NCBI RefSeq assembly: GCF_009914755.1
Contig: NC_060929.1
Source of the DNA: the human T2T-CHM13v2.0 reference genome, Homo sapiens
Direction: 5' to 3' (one strand)
DNA: 64,000 nucleotides
Shown here: positions 48,265 to 60,398 of the stretch, one piece after another
Position numbering within the stretch: position 1 is the stretch's first letter
Layout of the letters: every line of letters starts with the position of its first letter
The notes under the pieces: generated by a model
What the model was told of the DNA's origin: nothing
Databases searched by the model: none
The model's input: the letters and a program-made list of their open reading frames with translations, nothing else
Translations under genes and position numbers: made by a program

Positions 48265-51200
48265 TACATATAATGCATATTGCATATTATGTGCATGAAT
48301 ACATATAATATATATCATATATTATGTATATGAATATATAGCATATATAATGTATATCATATATTATGTATATGAATGTATAACATATATAATGTATATG
48401 ATCATATATATATAATATATATGGAGAGAGAGAGAAAGAGAAAGAGAGAGACAGAGAACTGTTTTTTACTCTCCAATGCAAACTGATACGTGTAGAAGCT
48501 CTTTACAAACTATAAGGTGCTAGGAAGCATAAGCTTATAATCATCAGCTTCAAACCAAATGGTTTTGCTGGAGTGACTTAGCCCTCTTAGAAAATTATCT
48601 TCCTATTCAGGGACCAAGAAAGAGTAAAACAGTGGATCTGAATCTTCAGAAAAGGAAATACAAAAAGATGTTTGAGCAGTAGATAAGCATTAACTTGGTA
48701 AACCTTCCTTACAGACAGGGGCAACCAGCTTAGATCAAACACAGAGCCCATTGGTCCCTTGGGAAAGTCTTTCTGACTTTTGCCAATGACAGACATGTTC
48801 AATTTGAATCAGGGAGGTAGAGTAAAAGGGCAACAATCCTACGCATTTGGGTTGGATGCCTCCTCCTCTTTAATCACAATACAGAAATTTGACTGGAAGG
48901 CCAAAGAGGTCTTCACTGTACTGTGTTCCTACTATCAAAATCAAGAAGGTAAGTTCTACATGCATAGTATTTTCTGGGGCACTAGAATTTCTAGATGAGG
49001 TGATTTCCTTTAGCAAATGATCCAATCTGTCACCCATTTCATACACAGCTCTTCTTTATGCTTATTAGGCCTTCCTTTATTAAAAAATTTAAACATATTA
49101 CTCCCTGATAAATAATTCCTCCCTAAATTTGCATATGTTAGTGCAAATTTAGCAAGCATATCACTCACACTGTCATGTTGAATTTAACCTGTGGCTTTGT
49201 AAAACAAGAAGGAATGAAATTATACTGAAGTAAAGTCTGCAGTTATGCCCCAAATGAGATGACCCCTTGGAAAAAAAAAAAAAAAACATTCTTAAAAGCT
49301 GCATAGCCTGAGCACATCACTGAAAACTGATTTTATACTTAAAACTTAGAGAGAATAAAAAGAATAAACTTGGTGGCATAAAACTCATTCCCTTGATGAG
49401 GTAGAGGTTTTGCTCAAAGAAAATGATTCACCCAATTTTCCTATTTGAGACTCTTACCAATGCATATGCTGTGAAAATATAAACTTTGACTTGCAAACAC
49501 AATTTAAAGAGGTTGAGTTGATATTGAATGATAGTTTTCTAGATGCCCTTTAGTCTTTCCAAATAATACTGTAGTTTTTTTCCTCTGGCATCTCCACACC
49601 TTAGCTTCTGATTTGTTCTTAATTCTCTTAGAGGCTTAATAAATCTCTGTTTACAGATGCTTCATCGATCCTTGAAGGGGGATTTAGTACAATTCTTCTT
49701 GTCTACCATGAAACTCAAGTTCCTGAAACCTAGGAGTACAGTGTTAAAAATACATGTTTTGTATTATAGAGAAGCTTGACATACTGCAGCATCATATTAT
49801 ATTCTAATGAAAGATAAAAATATATAACCAGGTGCCAAGGTAAGGTTTTTTTTTTTTTACCTAGGCAGCTCAAGATGAGAGTATTTTAACATAGTCTCCT
49901 GAAAGATGGGGAGAAGACACAGTCATTTAGTTCTGTTGAAGATCTCTAGTGACAAATCAGCCAAATTGAGGATAAAATTACATGAAGACAAATGTCACAA
50001 TGGGTAAGAGTCTTTGGAGATAGAAAAATAAACAGAAACCACACAGCTGGGTAAAAGCCAAACAGGACACACTGAGTAAGAAAATTCTCTATTAATGAAT
50101 GTTTATAAGTAGTCAGTTTGTTGTATTGTACAAATGTGAAACTGACCGTAGAGGAAATCAGAACATTTTAACAGAGAATCAGTTCCTATGGTGGAGCACT
50201 TATTAATATTAGTTCATAAAAGTAAAAGGAATTGTCTTTATTCTCAGATAATCCATCTGCTCTTTTGCTTTGTTTGAGGCTACAGACATTCATTTAATAA
50301 CGTAAACTAGTGTGCCTCCCCAAGTTTTATTTTAGTAAGCTAGGGATTTTCTAAAACTCTGATTTTTTTCCACTGTCAAAACACAAAATTCTCATCAGGA
50401 TGTATTTAAAGGATATTTTCATTTCATAACAACAAAACAAACAAACAAAAAATCCCAAAACAACAAGCTATCTTCTTTGGAGTTTCAAATGGCACAACAA
50501 AGTTATTTTTCATCCTTTCCAACTTCTATGTTCATTTAAATTCAATTATCCAACCACTTCACTCTAGATGGAGAAACTGGGCAGTTAGGGGAAACTCTTG
50601 TTTTAGGATGAGCTATTTTTTCTACGTCAGGAACAGACTGAAAGCTTTTTATGCTTCATGAACATTCTGCACTCCTTGAAAGAAAGAAGTATCTGTGCAG
50701 AGTATCAGGCTGAAGGATGCTTCTCTCACATACACCTGCTCCGTTTTTTGATGCACTGGCCCACAAATCACCTCTTCATCTTTGTCAACCTCAAAGCCTC
50801 TATTCTTCTCCAGTGACCTGAGGCTGATGCAACAAAAGAAGGCAATTCTTAAGAAATGTCAGAGGCCTTTTGCTACCAAAAATAACACCCTGCTAAAACT
50901 TGATAGCTAGGAAACTAAAAGGTAATGTTTGTGCTGGTTTTTATGGAGGGCATCTTAAAAATAAGACAACTGAAGCATTGTTAATTCCAATTCCTGTTAA
51001 TCCAAGGAATGGGGCTATAGGTACCATGTTCTACGAAAAAGGCAGAAGACGGTATAATTATGGAGATTATGGCAGCAGAATCCCCGACTCAGAACACCAG
51101 CATTGCCTCACTAGCTGCCATTCACCCCTTCAGCACCCCTGGTTCCTGTTTCTTGGACAGCAGCCAGTCCGTGTCTGCTTTTGGGAACCAGGAGCTTTCC

Positions 51201-52589
51201 TTTGCTCTGGTGCACCTGGCTTTCTCTGTCTTTACAAGAAAAGACTAAGTTGCCTTCCATTGCATTTACATGTATGCCTTACTACTGCCAAGCTTATATA
51301 TAATGGTATTAAAAAATGAAACTTAAATTTCAAGTACTTAAATATACATGCACATATAAATTTTTGTATGCACATAAATTACAAAAGACTGTGGAAATAT
51401 AGAAAATTGTAGATCATGTCTAATTATTTGATATCTGTTAAGCACAAAAAGGCTTGGTAATCCTTAGGACACACTAAAGGAAGGCGCAGAGGATTCACAA
51501 TTATGCTAGTGCATGCACATATTTGTCGTGTTTTAACTATGCGCTAGGAATCATGCTAAATCCTTTCCATGAATTATTGCGTTTAATCTTTCCAACTCCA
51601 TAAAAGAGGTAGAATGACCGCAGCTATTTCATAAATGAGAAACAGGCTTAGGGAAGTTCAATAGCCTACTGAATTTGTCATACCTGGTAAGGAGAGGATT
51701 TATATTTGAAACTCCTGTCATCTGAAAATTTTGAACAGTTTACAATCCAAAATGGAAAGCCTGCACCTCTTTCCCATTTCTTTCTCGGCTATTTTACCAA
51801 AATACGCCTTGAAGAAATTTCCTTTTTTTTTTTTTTTTTGCACCGTTCTCTTAAACTCCTGATATGATCAAGTAACAAATATCAGCAAAAGATAACAACA
51901 GGTAACCTGGCAATGTTTTCTTGTTATGGGAACAGCAAAGTCCTTGTCAAGCAAAATTATTGCAAATGGTTGCCAAAGTAACCAGTCTAGACTCCTTCAA
52001 AATTAAACACAGAAACCGATAAAAAGTTATGTTTGTTTGAAGAACGGGGGATGTGGGGGACACAAAGACCGGTATAGCAACTACTTTTAATAATTTATAC
52101 CTGCTAAGAGCATGTCCCTTGCCTCCTACCAAGAGTCCCTGGCTAATGTGGATGGTCTTTATCTACCAAACTGTGAACTTCTGAAGGCAAGAACTATGCC
52201 TGAACGACTTCTGTACCTCCAGTGGTGCCCAGTATTTATTGAATCAATTTAATTAATTAATTAGGATATATAATCATGGTCTGGCTAGATTGTTACCAAA
52301 CTCTAAGTCGTGCTGTAAAGTCTCAGGTGATGCATAAAGTAGTGTTTTTCTTTTTCTTTTCAAGAACACAATATATCAGCTGGGAGAAAGTTTAGACAAC
52401 CAGCTCAACCTTCTTGTTTTACTTTTCCTAAGCATTAAATCTTAAAATGCTCTTTTTTTCAGTTGGAAGAATAGTTTTTTCACTTTTAGAATTTCTGAAA
52501 TCTCCATGGATTAAGAGGAAGCCTCGCAATTAGGCTTTCCTTTGTTCAAGGAGCTGGGGTGAGGAAATTTAAATTAAAGCAATGGAAGT

Positions 52590-52699
52590 GGAGTGAACAA
52601 CTGTAGCAGTGTGCTTGAGACTTTGCTCATTTTAGAACTGAAAGTCCACATTCTAGGAAACCCCTCAGTCCTCAGCACGCTAGGATAGTTGCTCACCGT
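52590..52699. mobile_element. MER81-like hAT MITE
   Basis: 'ttttagaactgaaagtccacattctaggaaacccctcagtcc...gttgctcacc'. Confidence 0.55.
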
Positions 52700-53139
52700 G
52701 AAATATGAAAAACGATTTCCATAAAGAGGAGTAATTTCAAGTGGCAGAAATTAATCAGGTAGCAATCATTTTATAAGCTCCTACTTATTGGTTAAGTTTT
52801 CATCTTTCTTTTTGTTTGTTTTGTTGTTCTTGTTTTAAGAATGGGTGGATTCAAGAACTCTATGGTTTGAAGGCAAATAAATTTACACCAAAATCAAATA
52901 TTTATATTCTTAGTTGCATAAGATTTTCTGAGTTAAAATTTGAGAAGAGTCTGGCTTAATGAAGGTAGTGGGTCTTTCTGCAATTTTTTTTATTTTTTAC
53001 TTCTCTGGTGTACTTGATCTGCAATTATTTAGACAAGAAAAAGACAATATATTCTATGCCAGAGGAGATACATATCTGATAAGACAAGAAAAAAAGATTG
53101 AAATTAAGCAAGGGAAAACTCAAAGAGGCTGCCTAACGA

Positions 53140-53297
53140 AATCTTTTTCAGACTTGGCTGATCATTAGAATAGCCTAGGGAGCTATGGAAAACTATTCTT
53201 TTCTAGAACATATCCCCAGAGATTTTGAATCCCTTGTTCTGGGGTGGGGTGCAAGCATGGGTATTTTTGCACAATTCTCCAGATAAATGTAATATCT
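53140..53297. mobile_element. MER5-like hAT-Charlie MITE
   Basis: 'cttggctgatcattagaatagcctagggagct...ccccagagattttga...ctggggtgggg'. Confidence 0.55.
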
Positions 53298-53638
53298 ATA
53301 CTGTTATCTTCCCTTGAATTATTGTATTTTTATGGAAATAAATAAATTTAACTTGGAAAAACACAGCCAGAGTAAAATGAGTCTTTTGATTACTAATTGA
53401 CTAATAATTTGTCTTTTAATATTACTAAACTAAAAACATGTCTGCAAAAAATTAGGTCTTCTTTTAGCCTCGTTAGCAGATGAGAAATTTTAACTCTCTT
53501 TTAATAGAAAACTTACATTTTAGCAAATTACTTGAGTGACAATAATAACTAATGGAGACAATGCTTCCATTCCATTTGTTGTGCACAGTATTAACTGTAA
53601 CTTACTTACATATATATGTATGTGTATATATATATATG

Positions 53639-53686
<48 letters not shown>

Positions 53687-55469
53687 TACACAGGCATGCA
53701 TAAAACTGCATCAGAATTGATTTTTTAATCAGATAAGGAAGGGGAACAAATTATCATCAGTAAATTCTTTCTCTAAATTGAAATCCAAGGACATATATGA
53801 AGAGAAATGAATATTTGGAATTTTTAATAGGATATGATGGCAACAACCTCTTACATGCTATTTTAAAATTTCTTCTGGTCAATAATGGCTAAATGTTGTA
53901 ATATACTTATTTCTCAGTGATTCATGCCAGTTGACTAGATAATGAGAGTCTTATACTAGTCAAAATAATTAATATCTTGGAGAAAAAAAATGCATACGTA
54001 GGTATTCCTAATGAGGTACTTTTAAAAACCAGATTGAGAAAAGCTTGTTTATTCTCCAAACAATCTCTACTCAAAGTCTATAACTAATCAGATCTAGACA
54101 CCATATGGGAATAAATATTGTTAATAAGAGGTTAACAATGATATACTGTGAATCTCTTCAGTAAAAGGAAAGGAATGTAACAATACAAGCAAATTTTAAA
54201 ACAAGAAATTAAGAGGATGCTGCAATTCTATTACAGTGAATCAGGGACAAGAATTGTAAGTTTTACTCCATGATTTATGAGACAAGTCACTTTGCTGCCT
54301 GTGACCTGATTTTACATTTGAAATGTTGACTTTAAACAAACAAAATCTGATATTAGTATTGTCTACAATAGTTTAGGTTGATCAGCTGATTAGAACAAAT
54401 CTACCCATTTAATTATATTGGCCAACAAATTTAGAATTAAAGTTCTGAAGTCACAGGCTAAATTTACAAATTTGAGTAGCCATTTCTCAATAGTAAAAAT
54501 TTCTTAGATTTGTACTATTTAGGATAATAGGAACAGCTGCAAAAAAAAAATATACCCCTATGGTGGAGCCACTGCAATATCTTCATAAAAAGATTATTCA
54601 ATAAAAAGAGTCTAAAATGACAAGAACTTTTCAAATAAAATATTTTTTCAGAAAAACCTAATACTTGTGTTCATATAGTTGGAAAAAAAGAATATTTTGG
54701 TAGAAAACATTTCCAGATGATAACCATTTGTTTCCATGATTGCAACTGAGATAAATATTTGGTTTAAACTTATTAGAGTGCCTAAATATCCTGCAAATAT
54801 TTCCAGCCGATGGTTGTTCTGTCATCAGATAGATATTGTCCAGCTGTTTCAGCAGAATTTGTGAGCTACAGACATGAGACTTTTACTTCTGATTAGCAGA
54901 AGGAAAAGTAATGTTTTTCAGAAAATAATATAACTTGCTCTTTCTCTACCAACTTAAGGTCTGCAAAGAGTATTATTTCTTTTTTCTACTTCAAGTACTA
55001 ATGGTGTCATCAACTGTTGTAGGAAAACACATAATTTCATGTCCCCAGTCTTGATGGTTAAATTCCTGTTATTTAGCTGTGGTGTCATTTTTCTACCTGA
55101 AAAATAACATCTTCTATGTGTCACATGAAAAGTGTAGCCCAATTAGGTAGCAAGAGCTGCCGAACCCCCTTACTAAGAACATTAGCAAACTGTAGAACTC
55201 TTTAAAAAGTATGTCGGGAGAAGAAAAGGGAATGGTTCCCATTATTTAATGGTATATTTAGTTGTTACAGATGTATCATATAAAGTGAAACTCATGTTGT
55301 TCCTATCAGATGTGGGAAAGCCCAGGTGGGCCTACTGGACATTGAGTGAAGTAAGAATGGTATGCCGCTCATGCAAAAATATATTAGATGCAAAAAAAAA
55401 AGTGTAACATGTAAAATAACATGTTTCCCATCATAATGTGACTAAGTGACAGTCTTTTTAAGCTTTTTT

Positions 55470-56690
55470 CTTTTCTTTCAGCTTTATTGAGGCTTGACAA
55501 AATTTGTATATATTTGCAGTGCACAATATGATGTTTTGATGATACATGTATATGCTGTAAAATTATTACCACAATTAAGTAAACTAACCTGTCATCACCT
55601 CACATAGTTACTGTGTAGGGATGTGTGTGTGTGTGTCTGTGTGTGTGTGTGTTGAGAATAACACCTGCTTTCTTAGTAAATTCCAAGTATATAATATTGA
55701 TACGGTCAGGAGGCAGGGAAATTCTGGGCAGAAGAGGGTGGCTCCCAGTGAGGGCCCCACCATCAAACCTGGAGCCATGGCCCAAAGTGAGAACATGCAT
55801 TTCTGTTTTCCTGCTCGAACATTGCCTTTTCCAAAACCACCCATGGCCCACCCCTTCCCCCATCCTGTGCCCATAAAAACCCCAGAAACCACTTGCAAAG
55901 AGGAGAAGAAAAGAAGCAACTGGATGTTGGATACTACAGTTTGACACTGGAGAGAAGCAGCTTGACTTCAGAGACACAGATTCAGAGAGGAGTCCTGCTG
56001 GGGATGGCCAAACTTCATGGGAAGATCACCTTCCTGCTCCATCCCCTTTCCAGCTCCCCATCCTGCCAAGAGCCAGTTTCATCAGCAATAAAATCCTCTT
56101 CATTCACCACCCTTCAATTCATTCGTGCAACTTGGTTTTTCTGGATGCCAAACAAGAACTCGGGTGCCACAGGTGCAGATGCTAAAGGCTGTCACACTGA
56201 CCCTCTGCCCTGGCTGGTGGAGAGCAACTGCCTCATGCAAAAAGGCAGATGGCTCACTGAGCTGTTTAGCACTTAAGCCATGGATGGCAAAGCTAAAAGA
56301 GTATTGTAACACATGCCCTCTGTGGCTTCAGGTATCATGGGTTCTCCCCTGCTAGTTGCTGCCACAGGGACCACACAGAGTTTTCCTCCTGTGGTGTCCA
56401 AAAGCACTCACCCCAGCTCCTGCACCTACTCACCTGCACTCCTCCTCCTGAGACAGGTGGAACACAGTGGGACCCAGAGAGTGGAGTCCACCCCTGCCAG
56501 CTCAGAAGCGGCCAGCTAGTTCTAGTGTCTGTGTACTCCAGTTTCCACCTGCAAAGGGGTCAGGGAAAATTTTCTGCTTCAGTATGGTATTTGTAACAAT
56601 AGTCATCATGCTGTAAATTAGGGATGGGAATCCCTTTTAATGCAGAACTTATTCATCTTACATAACTGAAACTTTGTATGCTTTGTTAGT
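55470..56690 (-). mobile_element. L1MA-type 3' end fragment split by an LTR
   Basis: 'cagctttattgagg...cacaatatgatgttttga...catcacctcacatagttac'; resumes after 56581 with 'aatagtcatcatgctgta...cttattcatcttacataactgaaactttgta'. Confidence 0.7.
55698..56581 (+). mobile_element. MER50-like ERV1 solo LTR
   Basis: TG...CA termini ('tgatacggtcaggaggcagggaaattctggg' ... 'tcagggaaaattttctgcttca'); cataaaa box and aataaa inside; 4-bp near-TSD atat/gtat. Confidence 0.8.
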
Positions 56691-59009
56691 TTTTACTTAA
56701 AAACTTGGAGTAAAATACATATGGAAAACAAGTGCTCACTTTGAAATTATGAGATCCATTGTACCTAATGAAATTGGCATCAAGGCTATTTATTAGTAGT
56801 AAAGTAAAATGAAATAGTTTAAAAACTATTATCCCATGGTTCAATCAAAGCTCACATGAATATAAACACCCCAACAGGTTATCTAGAAATTCCCAAATAT
56901 GACCAAAGAAGTAGCAATGATACCATGCTGAAAAGCCTTCTCTTCTATGTTGAAAAGAGGAAAGGTAACATCTATCTTAGCTAATCCACTGTGTGGCTTA
57001 GCCAGAAATCTTCAGAGAGGAGTTTGAAAAAAGAAAGTTTCTAAGTCTCTAGCAGTAGTTGTGCTACCTTACCCATGCCCAAACTGCAGATTCTTTGATG
57101 TATTGCTATTGGCTTGCAATTTCTTAGGCTAGGCAACAAGACTCTTAATTTCTTCAATTACTCTACCAAGTTAATCGAATAACCAGAAATTTTCCTCACA
57201 TTTATAAGTTTTTGTTCTCATCAACAGCATTATAAGAAGGCACACAGGCAGAAAGCTTTTCTAGTCTTGTCCATCTCTACCTATTCTATGTCTTCCAATC
57301 GTGATTATTAGTTTCTTCTGTTCTACGCTTTAACCCAAATGAAAAGGGGGGTTGTTTAGTAAAGCACTGTCTCATACATAGAAGTAAAAAACACTCACAT
57401 CTGATTCTACTCACTGTTACCTGAACAAATACATACACCTACATTATATATAAGGTACTTTATATATGACATCTTTTTTAAAAATAAATACAAGTGATTT
57501 ATTTTAACCATAATTATTTGGAGCTTTTGCCTTTGAATGTACTTCACATTTACTGCCATCTCTTTTAATCTACTCTATAATCTTGATTGATAACTAAGCC
57601 AGATAGTTATAGGATTAAGGAAACAAACACAAAAAACAGAGGCATAGGGAGATTATGACTTGTCCAATGTCTCAAAATCAGTCAGTGACATAGCAAGTGA
57701 TCTAACACTCAGGTGTTTTGGCCCATGGCTCTTTTCACTAAGCAAGAGATTAACTAGATTCAGAGCAAATAGCATTTTTCAGGATTTGTTTCAAAATATC
57801 AAAGATGGTGATCTGGTAGAAATTTAAAAATATTAAGTGCTTACTAACAATAATGTTTAAAGCTTCTTTTGAAGAGAAAATTCAGGCTAGAAATGAGTCT
57901 AAGTGTTAGAATTTTTTGAACTGTTTTTTTGAACACATCTTGCTTGTACTATACTGTTATTCAAATTGTTAAATTCAAATATTGTATCTCTTTCACCGGA
58001 TTGTAAATATGTGAACATCATGAAGAACCAGTGTAGTCAAGGTTCTTGACTACACACACACACACACACACAATGAGAAACACAATTCCTTGCAAATAGA
58101 ATACTCAATAAATGTTTGAATAGGTATATAGATTTCTCAAGTAAATGACCAAATAATTCCGAGAAACATCTGGAATAACAGTTAGCAATTATGTACTCTC
58201 TCTGGGTTTATTCAGAATTTGCTTCACCTCTTTCACCAAAATTTCACTTTTTCATGCACAAACCCATATTTGGATTGCTGGAAAAACTTCTTATCTAATC
58301 TCCAAAATACACATCCTATATATTTATATGAGCTGTGATTACAAGCAGCATTCACTAAACCAACCAATATGTGTCATGGACCAAACTGGGTTATGGCTTT
58401 CCTCTGTCAGAATAGCACACATTTCCTCCTCTTTCCTTCTCCTCTCATACTTCACAGGAAAGGCAGATTTAGACTGAGATGCAATGGACTTTGTATTGGT
58501 ACACATTTTGTCAGAGAATATAGGAATCTTCTCTGATCCACCCAGCTCCTCAGTCATTGACAGTTTATTCTCAAATAAATAACTGGGCAAATCAGATTAA
58601 ATGAAAGACTATACAATGACTAAAAGAGGAGCAAGATATCTTTGCATTATCAACATTATCAAAGTGTCATTGCCATCAATCCCTTCACTTTTAATACAGA
58701 TATATCTGCCAAACCCATCCACTCTGTTCTATTTTTACTATATCCACTTTCTGCACTCAAACCTGTATCAGCTCTCACCAGACAACTATAATAGCTTCAT
58801 AACTGATCTCCATAGATCCACTCTTACTCTTTCACCATGACATTTCCAATCCACTTATCACAGAAGAGTCACAGCAATGTTTTTAAAATGCAAATAAGAT
58901 CCTCTGGCACTGCCAAGGTTTCCCTTTGTACTTTGAATCAAAACAAAGATTCCTAACACAGCTTTTTTAAAAGGCTGAATTATCTGACCTCCACAGTATC
59001 AGCTCCCAT

Positions 59010-59525
59010 GGATTCAGGTATTTCTTCTTGCATAATGAGGCATCCAAAACCATAGTGGCTGAATTAACATGATCATTTATTTGCTCACAATTTTGCAATG
59101 TGAGGAGGACTTGGAAGGGACAGCTCATCTCTGCTGTGTATGGCATCTGCTGGGGCCACTCAACTGAGGCTGGAGGGTGAATTTCCAAGATGATTCACTC
59201 ATATGTCTAGAAAGTTAATTTGTCTGTAGGTTGGGAGCTTAGCAAGAGCTGTGGGCAAGGACTCTCAATTATCCTCTAAATGAGCCCCTCCTCATTGCTG
59301 ATTGGGCTTTCTCACAGTATGGCAGCTAGGTTTCAAGAAGCAGAAAATTGAAGCTGCTTGTCTTTTTAAATTACATATTCAGAGCATGTACAATGTCATT
59401 CCTAACATATTTTATTCACAAAGTAGTAGTCACAGGCCCAGCCCAGATTCAAGTGGGTGGATATTTAAGACTCACCTAACAGTGGGAATAGTGACAAAGA
59501 ATTTGCCAGGATCCTTAATTTCTCA
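59010..59525 (-). mobile_element. Old MLT1 (G/H-like) LTR within an L2 remnant (~58650-59010)
   Basis: 'catttatttgctcacaattttgcaat...ggacagctcatctctgct...ccaagatgattcactcatatg...gtcacaggcccagcccagattcaag'. Confidence 0.7.
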
Positions 59526-60094
59526 AACCCGTCATGTACCTTCTTTCTTTTTTCTATTCTTCTGGCATCTATTTGCATAATGATAGAATTATGTGTGGGT
59601 AAAACAATTTAAGAAAATATACATATATTTGTATCTGTTCTCCATGGCTATATCCTGGATGAAAGGGTGTATCTGTGAAATGTAGCCTTAGCTTACATTA
59701 TCACCCTTAATATTAATAATGAAGATATACCTCAAAATACAGCTCTGAGGCACAACGTAAATTTGCCACACCTGCTTTCTTGTAAGCTTCTCACAACCCT
59801 GTTACTCAGTTTGTGAAATATCTGACTATACCAGTCTAACAGCCAGCAAATGAAAGAGTAGGCTGGCATAAGAATACAGGGAGAAAAGAAAAAGAGGAAT
59901 TAAGAGAGAGAGATAAAGGAGAAAATAGTAGAAGCCTTAATTAAATATGATTAATTCTGCACAATCTCTTTAGCTCTACATTACTTTAACTCAGATATAT
60001 TTAATCAAACCTACTTATTTGGCAAAATTTCCCCTTCAAATAAAACCACCAAAAATATTTATATATCTAAAATAAAATCAAAATAGGCAATTTT

Positions 60095-60398
60095 GGCCAG
60101 GCATGGTGGCTCATGCTTTTAATCCCAGCACTTTGGGAGGCGGAGGTGGGCAGATCACTTGAGGTCAGGGGTTGGAGACCAGCCGGGCCAACATAGTGAA
60201 ACCCCGTATCTACTAAAATTACAAAAATCAGCTGGGTGTGGTAGTGTGCACCGGTAGTCCCAGCTACTTGGGTGGCTGAGGGGGAGAGGATCACCTCAAC
60301 CCAGAGGCAGAGGTTGCAGTGAGCCAAGAGCACACCACTGCACTCTAGCATGGGTGACAGAGCAGGACTTCATCTCAAAAAAAAAAAAAAAAAAAAAA
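60095..60398 (+). mobile_element. AluS (Sx/Sz-like)
   Basis: Dimeric Alu 'gatcacttgaggtcagg' with A tail. Confidence 0.92.

Noticed and set aside
47848-48318. 156-aa and 111-aa repetitive ORFs; superficially CRISPR-like array
   Set aside because: Both are translations of a 33-bp head-to-tail minisatellite; there are no unique spacers and the context is eukaryotic
58339-58590. 83-aa minus-strand ORF with protein-like composition
   Set aside because: No ATG at the listed start, no convincing donor site and no recognisable homology
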